From assembly GCA_963771465.1 (NCBI GenBank), contig CAVYTU010000014.1:224001-288000 (forward strand): a stretch of 64,000 nucleotides of DNA, read 5' to 3'. This DNA comes from an uncultured delta proteobacterium (GTDB lineage Bacteria; Desulfobacterota; Binatia; UBA9968). The first letter of the stretch is position 1. Every line of letters starts with the position of its first letter. Shown piece by piece: positions 18,442 to 29,391 of this stretch. The notes beneath the pieces were generated by a model, which saw only the letters and a list, made by a program, of their open reading frames with translations, made no database searches and was not told where the DNA came from. A program made the translations under genes and the position numbers.

Positions 18442-18963
18442 TTGAATGCCGAGCTTAACTTTAGTTCCAGCACCCTAGCTCTGCTTGCGTTTTTCGGGTG
18501 TGGCGGTGATAGCTCGTCGAAGCTCCCCCTGGTAGGATTGAAGCTTGAGTTTGGCAAGCATAATATTCCCACTGAAATGGTAGCGGGTCAAACTGTATTA
18601 GCCAATATCACTATCAAGAATGCGAGTTCTAAGACTTGGCCGAGTAAGCCCGACCCAAGGGGAAGGAACGCTGTGAATCTTTCCTACCATTGGCTAGATC
18701 GTAAGCGGCAGATAGTGGTTTTTGACGGATTGAGAACCCCATTGCCGAGCGACCTCAATCCCGGCGAATCGCTTACGCTCAGAGCAGCGATCCATGCGCC
18801 TGGGAAGCCGGGGAAATATGTACTCCACGTGACATTGGTTCAGGAAGGGGTCGCGTGGTTTTCAGAAAAAGATGGGGGTCAACTTTTAATTCCGGTGTCA
18901 GTCGCGGCGGCATCCGCCCCGCACCCGCAAGGCTCAAGCTATAATGGCCGGCAGGTAGGATGA
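18442..18963 (+). CDS. Putative lipoprotein with NBR1/Ig-like domain
   Basis: LAFFGC lipobox-like segment; LSYHWLD...DGLRTPLP..L.PGES...PGKYVL..LVQEGVAWF; start uncertain. Confidence 0.55.
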   Translation: MNAELNFSSSTLALLAFFGCGGDSSSKLPLVGLKLEFGKHNIPTEMVAGQTVLANITIKNASSKTWPSKPDPRGRNAVNLSYHWLDRKRQIVVFDGLRTPLPSDLNPGESLTLRAAIHAPGKPGKYVLHVTLVQEGVAWFSEKDGGQLLIPVSVAAASAPHPQGSSYNGRQVG

Positions 18964-19082
18964 TAGTGTCGCCCCAGGGAGGGTTAATCTCCTGAACGGC
19001 TGCCCGCGGGTGCAAACACCATGTCCAGTTGCTGTCTCGCAGACACCATCACTCGGATTCGTTCCCATACTGTTTTTCATTT

Positions 19083-21227
19083 CTATTTGATTTCTAAGAT
19101 CGCCCTGTATCCAGTATCGTAGTATCCCCGCCTGTCTGCTGCTATGACCTTGAGCGACAAAGTATGACGGCCTTTCTCCAGCGCCGATGCAGCAAAAAAC
19201 ACAGAAAACCCGGACGATCTGTACCGCTCATTGCGAAAATGTACAGCTACGTCTGGACGGTCCAAACCATACCGCGCTGGGACAACAAGCTGCTTATCGA
19301 CGTTGACAAAAACTCCCCCGGCCTCCCTTTGTGCCTGTTCATCAACAGCCCAGCCGGCAATGTAGACTGCGTCTCCATGCTTTACCTCTATGACCACGTT
19401 CTGTGGCGATACCTGATTGTTTATCACGTCGACGGAAAACAACGTAGTGCCGGCAAGGGAGAGCTTCGGTAAGGGAAGCGGCCACACGACATGGCTGCCC
19501 ATCAATTTGAAGGCCTTCCCCGATTCAGTGTCAAAGGCCCAGGCCTCGACGTGGGTCGCGTCGGTGGGCATGTCCGTCTGAGCGAACGAGTGATGCCAGC
19601 GGGTCCGGTTATGGGCAGGCTGGCGCAGGGCTGGGACGAAACCAGCCGGTACGCCTGTCATCGTTGCGATCGCAAAGACGCTGGACCCTCGGGTGCCGTC
19701 CCGATAGGTGAGGAGCACGGCATGGGCCGGTTCTCGTCCCTCTGGCATCACCGCCCATCCGGACGCGATGAAGCGGCCGTCCGGCGTCTTATAAAGGGTC
19801 CCAAACTCTCCGGCCGGACGCGCGTCCTGACTGCTCATCGCGATCTCCTCCGCACTTTTCCCGTCGATCAAGCTGGGTCGCAGGTAGCCGAGGCGATTCA
19901 GTGCGTTCGCGAGCGCTATCAGGTTCCCCTGGCTCAAGGTCGCTGGCGCGGGACAGCGCAGAACATTGACGAACAGCAGGCACGCTTTGACGTAGCGGAG
20001 ATGGGCGCGGAACCCGTAAGCTTGGAGCATGCCCTGCGTCGCTGTGAGCGCATGGACGAGCAGTAAGGCTGCCACCACAGCAGAGGCCGGTGGAGCCATC
20101 CGCACCCGACTCGGTAGATACCCGTTCGCTCTGGCGTGCTCAAGCACAATCGGTACGAGGTAGATCAGGGAGACGAGAAGGTACAGCGAGAAGGTCGAGT
20201 AACGCGGAGACAGCGCCTGCGGGATGCCAAACCCCAACCGAGCTAGCATCACCATGAGCCCTGTCCCGAGCGAGTACGCCCCGATCATGACGAAGACGAT
20301 CATTCGCCTGCGCAACGATCGGTCCCCAAACCCCACCCAGAGGTACGCACAGGCGCCTGCGAAGAGGATAGACGCGAGGGTTCCGATGAGCGTCGCCGCC
20401 GCGAGCCGCGGGGCCCCACTATCTGGCGCCAGGGGAGCACCCAGAAACGCCGCGAGATAGGCGAGGGCGCGAGCCGGATGGCCCAGGGATTCGGTCAGGC
20501 TCGGGTGCCCCTCTGACGTTCCATAGCCGTACAGGTAGAAGCTCACGCACAGCAGGCACAACGCCATCCAACCGGCGATCAGAAACGGGACGAAGGGTCG
20601 CCGCCAGTCGCACACGACCAGAAGCACCGGAAGTACCAGCACCCAGCACAGGACCCCGTTCGCCGAGGAGAACGTGCTGACGATTGACAAGAGCGCGCCG
20701 ATCGCAAGCTTGGCCCTAAAGTTCAGATCGGAATAGGTGACGCTCAAGCAAGTTGTCAGGCACGCGATCGGTGCGAAGTAGACGACCTGAATGCCCAAAA
20801 GCCACGTTTCGTACTGGACTGGCGAGAAGATGAGGAGATTGGTTCCGACCAGCAGCCAGAGTCGCTTTTCGGTGCCGGTAATCGTGACCCGACTGATCCG
20901 GTAGATATTGAAGGACACCAGGCAGGCGAGCAAGAGGCTCACCAGCATCTCGTAGCGCACGTTCCAGCGCGTGATTGTGCCAAGGGCGAGGAAGAGCAGG
21001 TGCGGAAAGAACTGCCGAAACTCGTTGTCCTGCTCAAAGAGGTGGGTGAACGAGAGTGAACCCTCCGCCAGGTACACGAATAGCCGAGCGGTGTTCCACT
21101 GATCGTAGTACGGCACATCGACGCTGTACGTCGCGATGAAGAGGGCGGCGAAGCCGACGGGAAGCATGACGAGCCCGACAACGAGCGCCCGGATGGGTGT
21201 CGGCAGGCGGTGGGCCACGGGTGTCAC
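19083..21227 (-). CDS. Polytopic membrane protein (putative GT-C-type glycosyltransferase) with C-terminal Ig-like domains
   Basis: VDVPYYDQW, QDNEFR, FSPVQYE, many TM helices, SPRY; C-terminal IAGWAVD..YGLDRPDVA..SGF. Confidence 0.6.
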   Translation of the reverse strand: MTPVAHRLPTPIRALVVGLVMLPVGFAALFIATYSVDVPYYDQWNTARLFVYLAEGSLSFTHLFEQDNEFRQFFPHLLFLALGTITRWNVRYEMLVSLLLACLVSFNIYRISRVTITGTEKRLWLLVGTNLLIFSPVQYETWLLGIQVVYFAPIACLTTCLSVTYSDLNFRAKLAIGALLSIVSTFSSANGVLCWVLVLPVLLVVCDWRRPFVPFLIAGWMALCLLCVSFYLYGYGTSEGHPSLTESLGHPARALAYLAAFLGAPLAPDSGAPRLAAATLIGTLASILFAGACAYLWVGFGDRSLRRRMIVFVMIGAYSLGTGLMVMLARLGFGIPQALSPRYSTFSLYLLVSLIYLVPIVLEHARANGYLPSRVRMAPPASAVVAALLLVHALTATQGMLQAYGFRAHLRYVKACLLFVNVLRCPAPATLSQGNLIALANALNRLGYLRPSLIDGKSAEEIAMSSQDARPAGEFGTLYKTPDGRFIASGWAVMPEGREPAHAVLLTYRDGTRGSSVFAIATMTGVPAGFVPALRQPAHNRTRWHHSFAQTDMPTDATHVEAWAFDTESGKAFKLMGSHVVWPLPLPKLSLAGTTLFSVDVINNQVSPQNVVIEVKHGDAVYIAGWAVDEQAQREAGGVFVNVDKQLVVPARYGLDRPDVAVHFRNERYRSSGFSVFFAASALEKGRHTLSLKVIAADRRGYYDTGYRAILEIK

Positions 21228-21245
21228 GGGCGAGGCACCGGGACC

Positions 21246-21995
21246 TCAGGGTGCTTTTGTGACAGCGGCTTCTGCGCGACGCAGAAGATCGGACACCCCG
21301 AAAGGCAAGCTCACCTGCCGCGCCACATAGTTTTCGAAGGTAAGTAGGAAGAAGAGACCCCGATCTAGGAAACGCGGCAGCACAACGAGGTCGCTCCTCG
21401 TTGCAGTGTTCGCCCGCGCTCGTCGCAGGAGCTTGACCAGGACGGCCAACGGTGACAGCAGGGTATTCCGATAGGTGATCCGGACCATGTCGAAACCGGC
21501 GCGTTTCACCTTCTCGGCCAGCTCGTCGCGCGTATACCGGTGGCGCGTAAGGGTGGCCACGTCGTGAGCGGACCAGAGGGCGCGGTAGGCCGCGACCTGG
21601 AGCAAGGCGAACCCGCCAGGGACAAGGACACGATGGATCTCGCGAAGTGCGCTCACGTCATCCGGCACCCATTGGTGGACGAGTACGTCGATGGACAGGA
21701 CCACGTCGAAGCTGTTAGGCCGAAACGGAAGCTCGGTGACGGAGGCCTGAAGGATGTTATCAAGTCCACGCTGTTGGCAGAACCGTATGCCTTCGCTGGC
21801 AATCTCGACGCCCCAGGCCTTCCTATGCGCGAGACGCCGGAGAAGACCGCCGGTGCCGCATCCCGCATCCAGGACCCGCCCTGTCTTTCCCGTCGGAATG
21901 TCGCCGAACTCCGACAAAATAAAGCGCATCGAGCCCTCGAACCACCAGTAACTATCCTCCAGTTGGAACATCGCATCGTATTCAGTCGGCCGCAC
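21246..21995 (-). CDS. Class I SAM-dependent methyltransferase
   Basis: EDSYWWF, VLDAGCGTG, LWSAHD...HRY. Confidence 0.88.
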   Translation of the reverse strand: MRPTEYDAMFQLEDSYWWFEGSMRFILSEFGDIPTGKTGRVLDAGCGTGGLLRRLAHRKAWGVEIASEGIRFCQQRGLDNILQASVTELPFRPNSFDVVLSIDVLVHQWVPDDVSALREIHRVLVPGGFALLQVAAYRALWSAHDVATLTRHRYTRDELAEKVKRAGFDMVRITYRNTLLSPLAVLVKLLRRARANTATRSDLVVLPRFLDRGLFFLLTFENYVARQVSLPFGVSDLLRRAEAAVTKAP

Positions 21996-22010
21996 GCGAG
22001 TTCCTCCAGG

Positions 22011-23117
22011 CTAGGTGGCAAACGCGCGGATCGCGTCACAGACGGCCTCGATCGCAGACTCGTCAAGCTCGGGGAAGATTGGAAGAGACAAGATCTCCGA
22101 CGCCGCCTGCTCAGCCACGGGGAAGCTTCCCAACCCCGCGCCGAGATCCCGGTAAGCGGGCTGGAGGTGAATCGGCAATGGGTATTGAACGCGGGCGTCG
22201 ATGCCGTAGTCGGCGAGCCATTCCCGCAGGCGATTCCGCGACGGATGCCGGATGACATAAGAGCAGTAGACGTGCATTGTGTCTGGCCGCTCGATCGGAA
22301 CTTTCGCTCCGGTCCCCTTGAGGCCTCTATCGTAGCAGCGGGCGAGGTGGCGCCGCTGCGCGTTCCAAGCATCGAGATGCCGAAGCTTGACACGCAGGAC
22401 GGCTGCCTGCAGTTCGTCCATACGGCAGTTGAAGCCCCGAAGATGGTGCTCGAAGCGCCCTCGCTCTCCATAGTTCCGCAGCAGACGAAGATGCTCCGCG
22501 AGATCGGCTGAGCCGGTGACGACCATGCCGCCGTCACCGTAGCCGCCGAGGTTCTTCGTAGGGTAGAAGCTGAAGCAGCCGAACAGGCCAAAACCCCCTA
22601 CTTTCCTGCCCTGGTACGTTGCCCCATGAGCCTGGCAAGCATCCTCGACGATTTCGAGCCCTCGGGAGGCCGCAATTGAGAGCAAAGGCTCGATATCGGC
22701 GGGGTGCCCGTAGAGGTGGACGGGCACGATCGCTTTGGTTCGAGGTGTCAGCCGGCTCTTCACCTGGCAGGCATCCAATGTATAGGTCTCCGAATCGATG
22801 TCGGCGAGGATCACCCGGGCACCGGCGCTCTCAATGGCGACCACGGTCGCCACGGCGGTCAGGGCGCTCGTGATGACCTCATCCCCGGGGCCGATGCCCG
22901 CGCCGAGCAGCGCTAGGCGCAACGCGTCGGTACCGGAACTCACCCCCACCGCGTAGGGGACGCCAAGATACGCTGCGAACTCCTTTTCGAAGGCAGCGAC
23001 CTGGCCTCCGAAGACGAAGACGCCGCAATCGAGGACGCTCTGGATCGCCCGGTCGATCTCGGCCTTGACCTGGTGATACTGGGTGCACAGCTCTAGAAAC
23101 GGAACCGGCCGTCTCAC
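22011..23117 (-). CDS. DegT/DnrJ/EryC1/StrS aminotransferase
   Basis: SSGTDAL, PVHLYG, EDACQAHG, SFYPTKNLG. Confidence 0.93.
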   Translation of the reverse strand: MRRPVPFLELCTQYHQVKAEIDRAIQSVLDCGVFVFGGQVAAFEKEFAAYLGVPYAVGVSSGTDALRLALLGAGIGPGDEVITSALTAVATVVAIESAGARVILADIDSETYTLDACQVKSRLTPRTKAIVPVHLYGHPADIEPLLSIAASRGLEIVEDACQAHGATYQGRKVGGFGLFGCFSFYPTKNLGGYGDGGMVVTGSADLAEHLRLLRNYGERGRFEHHLRGFNCRMDELQAAVLRVKLRHLDAWNAQRRHLARCYDRGLKGTGAKVPIERPDTMHVYCSYVIRHPSRNRLREWLADYGIDARVQYPLPIHLQPAYRDLGAGLGSFPVAEQAASEILSLPIFPELDESAIEAVCDAIRAFAT

Positions 23118-24106
23118 CAGTAGTGGTTCCTATAACGTCGGTAGTACTCGACGGTCCGTCGCAGGCCTTCGGTCAGCGGCACCGCCGGCTGCCAGTCCAG
23201 TACACTCTTGATCTTCGAAAAATCGGCGTAGTAGCTCCCAATGTCGATTCGACGCCGGTCTTCGGGAAACGGGGTGCATGCGTAGGATCCTCCGCCCACG
23301 ACACCCAGGAGGATGTCGACGAACTCGTGGATCGAGTAGGGTCGCTCACCGCCGAGGTTGAAGACCTCGCCGTCTGATTCACGCCGGCAAGCGGCGGCAA
23401 GCAACGCCTCGACCACGTCGTCGACATACGTGAAGTCTCGCATCTGCTGACCGTCACCGAAGATCTGGAGCTGCTGGCCATCGATCGCGAGGCGGATCAA
23501 CCAGGGCACGAACGCGTGCCGGCCATTGCGCATGAGCTGACCGGGCCCGTACGTGTTAGTGAGCCGAAGCGACGTCACGTGGAGGCCATAGAGCCGTCCG
23601 TAGAGCAGGTGATAGGCCTCGGCAGCGACCTTGTGAATTCCGTTAATGTCGATCGGGCGCAGTGGGTGGCCCTCATCGACCGGCAGGTATTCTGGCCGCC
23701 CGTACTGCTGGCGCGTTGCCGTGAAGACGATCTTCGCGCCTGGCGCATGCTTGCGGCAGGCTTCGAGAAGCCCCAGCTGGGCATGACAGTTCATCGTCAG
23801 GTCCGCGTACGGATCGCACATGCTGTAGACGTGGCTGACCTGCCCAGCCAGATTGAAGACGAGCGTCCGGCCTCGCATCAGCTCTCGCATTGCCTCCTCG
23901 TCGACCATGTTGACTACATGCACGGTGATAAGCCCCTCGAGGTCCGAGAGGTTGAAGCGGTTGGCGCCGGTGTTCGGCACCAAAGCGTCCACGACCGTTA
24001 CCCGTGCCCCGAGCCTCACCAACCGCCGGACAAGGTTGCTGCCGATGAACCCGTAGCCACCAGCAACAAGAACGGGTGCACCCTCGAAGGCCTCCTCTAA
24101 GAGCAT
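23114..24106 (-). CDS. NAD-dependent epimerase/dehydratase
   Basis: GGYGFIGSNL, NLAGQVSH, NTYGP, GDGQQMRDFTYVDD; ATG overlaps upstream TGA. Confidence 0.9.
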   Translation of the reverse strand: MLLEEAFEGAPVLVAGGYGFIGSNLVRRLVRLGARVTVVDALVPNTGANRFNLSDLEGLITVHVVNMVDEEAMRELMRGRTLVFNLAGQVSHVYSMCDPYADLTMNCHAQLGLLEACRKHAPGAKIVFTATRQQYGRPEYLPVDEGHPLRPIDINGIHKVAAEAYHLLYGRLYGLHVTSLRLTNTYGPGQLMRNGRHAFVPWLIRLAIDGQQLQIFGDGQQMRDFTYVDDVVEALLAAACRRESDGEVFNLGGERPYSIHEFVDILLGVVGGGSYACTPFPEDRRRIDIGSYYADFSKIKSVLDWQPAVPLTEGLRRTVEYYRRYRNHYW

Positions 24107-24831
24107 CAACGCCTCCCCAAGGCCCCCTGGCAAACCACAAGCTGCCACCACAAGCGCGCCATGTCGATACCGACCTCCGCGATGCGCCGCGGAGTGAAGA
24201 ACTGGGAGCGTCCGTACGATCGGCGATAGTGATGGACAGGGACCTCTACGAACCGGGCACCGATATCCTGCAGCTTCCGCACGAGCTCCAGACACACGAT
24301 GCCCGAGTTATGCTCGATCTCGATCTTCTGCAGTAAGGAGCGTCGAAGGAGACGAAAATCACAGTCCACATCGCGTATCTTCAAGGAAAACAGGATGCAT
24401 GCCACTCTTCGGTAGGCGGCCCCAATCAGTATCCTATGCCACGGATCCTGGCGCTTGAGCTTGTATCCCTGCACAACATCGACGCCATCGTCGACGAGCG
24501 CCAACAGCTTCCGTAGCTCCGCCACGTCGTACTGTGCATCGCCGTCCGTATAGAAGACCCAGTCTTTGGTGGCCTCTGCGAAGCCGGTCCGGAGCGCTCC
24601 CCCGTAACCCCGATTCCGCGGATGGCGCACAAGGCGTAAAGGCACAGAACTGGAGCTCAAAAGTGCCTCCAGAACGTCGACGCTCTGATCTGTACTACCA
24701 TCATCGACCACGATGATTTCGTAATCGTCCACGAGATCCTGTAGCGTTTTATTGGCGAGAATGACGACGCGGGCGATTGTCCCGCCGTCGTTATAACATG
24801 GAAAGAAAGCACTCACCGACAAGAACGACAT
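24106..24831 (-). CDS. GT2 glycosyltransferase (polyprenol-phosphate sugar synthase-like)
   Basis: FFPCYND, VDDGSTD, NRGYGGAL, YTDGDAQY, DVDCDFRL. Confidence 0.9.
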   Translation of the reverse strand: MSFLSVSAFFPCYNDGGTIARVVILANKTLQDLVDDYEIIVVDDGSTDQSVDVLEALLSSSSVPLRLVRHPRNRGYGGALRTGFAEATKDWVFYTDGDAQYDVAELRKLLALVDDGVDVVQGYKLKRQDPWHRILIGAAYRRVACILFSLKIRDVDCDFRLLRRSLLQKIEIEHNSGIVCLELVRKLQDIGARFVEVPVHHYRRSYGRSQFFTPRRIAEVGIDMARLWWQLVVCQGALGRR

Positions 24832-24983
24832 CACTCGTGACGAGATCCACTCACGATAGCGACTCAGCCAGCACAGGGTCGGAGGCGCCCAGGGCGCGAT
24901 GGCGGCGAACCGCAGGAAAGCAAGACGCATGCGATCATAGATGCCACTCCCCACGTGTTGGTCCTACTTTATTCGAAAAGTTT

Positions 24984-25100
24984 ATGCTTATTTGTCCCAA
25001 GTGTGACGGGGAAACACGGATTATCAGTTTCATTGACGAGCCGCACGTCATTAAAAGAATCTTCAAACTTAGGTCTCTGAGAAAAGTCCCACGTCCCGCC
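24984..25100 (+). pseudogene. C-terminal remnant of IS91-like transposase
   Basis: LICPKCDGETRIISFIDEPHVIKRI resembles the CPxCGGxMRIIxFI..VIxKIL tail. Confidence 0.55.
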
Positions 25101-25872
25101 AGAAGATTTGTCGGATAAAACTGATTACCTTCGATCCATCCTGCAGCCAGCGCGACAAAAGACTTACCCCAGTTATTGGCAGCTGTCCAGACCTGCTCTC
25201 CAAGAGTCTGCTACATATAGTACATAAGAATCTTATGTCAAACTTTATACTAAACGGGCAACAGAATTGTTGAGTGATCTGAATCTAATTTGTATCGATG
25301 AGAAGCGCGGTTCAAAGAAACTCGGATACGGCACCAATTATTGACGACTGAGGACCGGGCCAAGGTTGCGTTTTCCACGTACCGGAGGGTGTCTCGATAC
25401 TGGTAAGGCTTTCTTTCTGTCTCGGTCCTGCCAACGGTTTGAGCTGCTTGCGAGCCATCGGCTCGAAGTGGCTTAGCAGTTCGTTAAATAATGATCAGAC
25501 TTCTATATCTTTACTATTTGTTCTTGGCCAACTTTAAGGCTCTCTCGTGACATGCAGAGCGTGACTGTTCGCCGCAGATTTTCCTTGTCATGGCGTTATC
25601 CGCGCCAACCAAAAAGGAAATGCCGTTCTTCGTGAGGCGGATCGTATCGAGCGTGTCTAAAGCGGCTCGCGCGGTATAGTAAGAATCATAACAACTATTT
25701 CGGTAGCTTTTTTAGTGCTCCTCATTCTTCTCTTGCCATCCGTTCGACGTCGGCGATGGTCAGTTTGTCCATACGAAAGGCGCGGTGCGGGTTCCATTCG
25801 AGGACTTCCATGGTGCGAATGCCGAGAGGAATTTGCTTTTCAAATGTGGCATTGCACTGACAATGATCCCAC

Positions 25873-26044
25873 CCGACACGAGGATTTTCAGTTCTCTTGC
25901 TGTACCGGGACTATGTGACACTATCGGTCGCTATATGTATCTATTCAAGCGTTTAACTGTGGTCTAAGCCGGCCTATTTTACCGATTCGAACACATAGTG
26001 ACATATAGTTCGGGCAAAGTTGTGGGCAAAGTGGCGGCAAAGTG
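25873..26044. repeat. att remnant: 20-bp tRNA-Phe core + arm B
   Basis: CCGACACGAGGATTTTCAGT then gtaccgggacta...atcggtcgctatatg...ttttaccgattcgaacacatag..acatatagtt..GGCAAAGT x3. Confidence 0.85.
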
Positions 26045-26456
26045 AACGTCCAAGGACCACCGCACCCGCCGATGCACCCCGCGTGGATCGACTCATAAGG
26101 CGGTCACGCTGTCTGATTCACGCAACGAATTGTTGGAGCCGGTGCATCGAACGGCGATTAAACCGGTTCCGACGGGAGAACGGCTGTTTGCCCGAAATGT
26201 CTGTAGCATCGGCAGCGGCTCCAGCCGAGCGCTGAGTCTGCTGAGATTGGCGGGTGGGACCACCATTCAGTTAATCTGATCATTTCAACCCCAATCCGCC
26301 ACGGCTCATTCTGGCTCCTGCATAAACGTGGCGACAGTTTCGCCGAGCTAGTAAGTCGATAGCGCTGACCCAAGACATGCCAGTTCGACCGCGTATTGGC
26401 GCGTACCGACGAACAGCTCCACGGGCACAACGATCATCAAGCGCCGGCTCGCCCGG

Positions 26457-26835
26457 TCAAGAAAGGTAGGACCGTCTCTGGAGTCTTTCCGCAATGGCGC
26501 GCGCGAGCGGATGAGACAGAAGCTTTTCAAGTGACTCTGGCAAAGACAACGACCAGGAATTATCCGGTGCACCCGGAAGATTGGGCCGTTTTTGAGTTGC
26601 CAGTGAGTCCTCCCGAGTGGCCGCAATGATCGCGGAGGGAGCCTGGGCAAGCAGCTCGTAAGCGCGCTTGATGATATCCTCGACAGGAGCAGCGTCATTA
26701 AGGCCGGTCATCGAGCGCAGGCGCTCGCGAATCTCAAGCGTACTTCTTTCATTTGGGTTAAGCCCAAGCTGACGTTGCTCTTCAAGGTCGGCGCCGGTCC
26801 ACAGACCTGCAATGGTCGGCAGGTCGTGCCTCGCG
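26457..26835 (-). pseudogene. C-terminal fragment of 4-alpha-glucanotransferase (MalQ)
   Basis: HDLPTIAGLWTG...LAQAPS...ED....RPNLPG..NSWSL.LP. Confidence 0.7.
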
Positions 26836-27056
26836 CAAAATAGAGGGCCAGCCATACATTAGACGTGACCAGCACCCGGTTTGGTGCGGATGTTGACGGC
26901 GTCACGGCTGAACACCGCTGGGACAGGATTATTGATACGCTAATGGGCTGGTTGACAAGCGCTCTTTCGATGGCTTAGTGTCGAGCCACGAGCGATAGGA
27001 AGTGTGACGGCGCTACCTGGGACAGACTAAGTCCAATCATTACAAGTGCAAAAAGC

Positions 27057-27365
27057 ATGAGCGATCTCGAAATCACAGTGGAGCAGTTGGAGACCGCAGT
27101 GGTCGTGCACGCCGCAGGTTCGGTGAACACCAATACGGCTCCACAATTGCTGGAACCGTTGCTGCGTACTGCGGAAAACGGCCCCGTGCAGCTCGATCTT
27201 GCCAAGGTTCCCTACATGAGCAGCGCTGGTTTGCGCGTATTGGTTATGGCCGCTAAAGCACTGCAAAAGCGCGGCGAACGCTTGCGCGTCATCAATGTCG
27301 CACCGCAAATATACAACGTTTTGAACATAGCGGGGTTTACTTCGTTTATGGACATTAGTTCGTAA
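27057..27365 (+). CDS. STAS anti-sigma factor antagonist
   Basis: LDLAKVPYMSSAGLRVL with phospho-acceptor Ser. Confidence 0.9.
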   Translation: MSDLEITVEQLETAVVVHAAGSVNTNTAPQLLEPLLRTAENGPVQLDLAKVPYMSSAGLRVLVMAAKALQKRGERLRVINVAPQIYNVLNIAGFTSFMDISS

Positions 27366-27398
27366 TGGCATCAGACGAGCACGCTGCTTGAGAGCGGC

Positions 27399-29120
27399 AT
27401 GAAGATCGAAGCCAACGAATGGCAGAAAGTTCCAGGCACGAGCGCCGTCGAATTTTTCCCCATTATCACAAAACCCAGCATCGTCTCCTCAAATTGCTAT
27501 ATTTTTGCCGGGCCGAACGCCATTGTGATCATTGATCCCGGCGCGAGCAGCGAACAGACAAAACAGATCAGCCAGATTGTCAGTAAATCCTTGGCGGCTT
27601 CGTGGCGTCCGGTTTGGGTGTTTCTTACTCATTGTCATCAAGACCATTCCCAAGAAGCCGCCCGGTTCGAGCTGCCGGCGAACACTGAAATCAAGCGCTT
27701 TGCCCATTATGCAGGCGCTGATGCCATCGAGCGCGGCGATCGTAACCTGACCGTAGCGTATCTCTATCCGTGGCTGCCCGAGGTTTGCCGCGCGCGATTT
27801 GACTGCAAACTATTCAGCTCGGCGCAAAATTTGCCGCCCGCGCCGGCGAGCAAAGACTTGATAGAGCTTCATACCGAGCCGGTGATCATGCCAGACGGAA
27901 GCAAATGGGATCGGCAATGGCTGTCACTCGGCGCTAATGAGCGGATTGATATTTTTCACACTCCCGGTCATTCCGCGTGCAGCATTTCGTTGCAAGTAGG
28001 ATCCTTGCTGGTCGTCGGCGACCTGCCCTTTGCCGCCAACCCCGGATTGTGCGGTCTCGACGGTTGGAATCACAGCGATCTGATGGAAACCTTGTGCAGA
28101 GTTGAGTGGTTGCTGACTTCCGCCGGTATCACAGACTGTTGTCCGGGCCACGGCTATTGTATGCCCGGCGAAACCATGCGGGAAAAGCTCCAAGTGATGT
28201 CCGACGAAACGCGTGGGCTCGCTACGGTCGATTTGTTGAATGCTGATCGCATCGGCGATCTGAAAACCTATGTGGATGAGCTTCTCGATGAAACCGCGGC
28301 CTTGCTCATGATTTTGTCCGGCCGATTGTACACGGTCTCTTTCTACCTATCGCTGTTGGACGAAGAGGCGGCAGCCGCGCGCATCGTCACAGCGGTCAAT
28401 ATTGAGCAAATCGATCGCACGCTCTCTGAGTTTCGCCGGTTTGTTGAAGCATTCAATGAGAGTTCAGCGCCGGAGTTGACCGCAGTATTGAAAGGTGTCC
28501 AGGTCGCCCGCGCATTACAGCAAATTCTTGCCGACGAGCAGGTCACCCGGCTTTTAGGCTTGTCGCTGGTACGTCGCGCGCAGCGCCGCCTGGACGACTT
28601 CTTGAGCGCCGTGCGTGGTTTGCAGTTTCTCAACGCTGAAACGGCGGGCGACGTAAACGAGCTGATTGCCGGAATTGTACGACGCGAACAGTCTGTTCTA
28701 GAAGCGACAGGAGCAGATTTGTTCGCCGCGCTGGACGAAGAAGAATTGTTTATCGACACGCTCACCCGCCGGTTGGCGGCGCATTCGCCCGCGCGGGACA
28801 TTATCTTTGACTTCGTTCCGACCAGCGGCTCAACGCTTGCCAATATTGGGAGCGACCGCCTGGACGATATCATGACCGGCCTCATCGAAGGCATCGCGGG
28901 AATCGGCGTAAAAACCATTCAGATTGTGACCGACGTGATCACGAACCACGTAGTCATCCGCCTGTCGAGCCGTCAAGCAATCACTGCCGCGGACTTGGGA
29001 AGGCGCCGCCTCAATCTTTACAACAGAACGCTCGGCTGGCTCGGCGGCAAACTCGAGCGGCGCGAGCATGACGGCAACACGGAATTCATCATTCGGCTCC
29101 CGCTGCTAAACTTTGCCTAA
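27399..29120 (+). CDS. Metallo-beta-lactamase-fold hydrolase with helical and degenerate HATPase-like C-terminal region
   Basis: IDPG, THCHQDH, HTPGHS, GD, CPGHG; C-terminus ...GGKLE...TEFIIRLP. Confidence 0.75.
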   Translation: MKIEANEWQKVPGTSAVEFFPIITKPSIVSSNCYIFAGPNAIVIIDPGASSEQTKQISQIVSKSLAASWRPVWVFLTHCHQDHSQEAARFELPANTEIKRFAHYAGADAIERGDRNLTVAYLYPWLPEVCRARFDCKLFSSAQNLPPAPASKDLIELHTEPVIMPDGSKWDRQWLSLGANERIDIFHTPGHSACSISLQVGSLLVVGDLPFAANPGLCGLDGWNHSDLMETLCRVEWLLTSAGITDCCPGHGYCMPGETMREKLQVMSDETRGLATVDLLNADRIGDLKTYVDELLDETAALLMILSGRLYTVSFYLSLLDEEAAAARIVTAVNIEQIDRTLSEFRRFVEAFNESSAPELTAVLKGVQVARALQQILADEQVTRLLGLSLVRRAQRRLDDFLSAVRGLQFLNAETAGDVNELIAGIVRREQSVLEATGADLFAALDEEELFIDTLTRRLAAHSPARDIIFDFVPTSGSTLANIGSDRLDDIMTGLIEGIAGIGVKTIQIVTDVITNHVVIRLSSRQAITAADLGRRRLNLYNRTLGWLGGKLERREHDGNTEFIIRLPLLNFA

Positions 29121-29391
29121 CGATCGTGCGACATGAGCCGGCTCACCGGCGCCTGATAACTGCGCGCTGGAGGTAGTGGCGTCGATTTTGAAGAATTTAT
29201 TTGCTGGAGCCTTTTGCTTTTTTTGCTTGTTAAGGAAATCGTCATCGGCATTTCGGCGGTATTCACCGGACCGTCCGATAGTTTTGGGGCGATTTCTGAC
29301 TGAAGAAAAAAAGACCTGGATTGTATCGGTCTAGCGTGGACGGTCGCTCTCGCGCCGAGTTGCATTTTTGATCATTGAGAGCCAATAGGAA

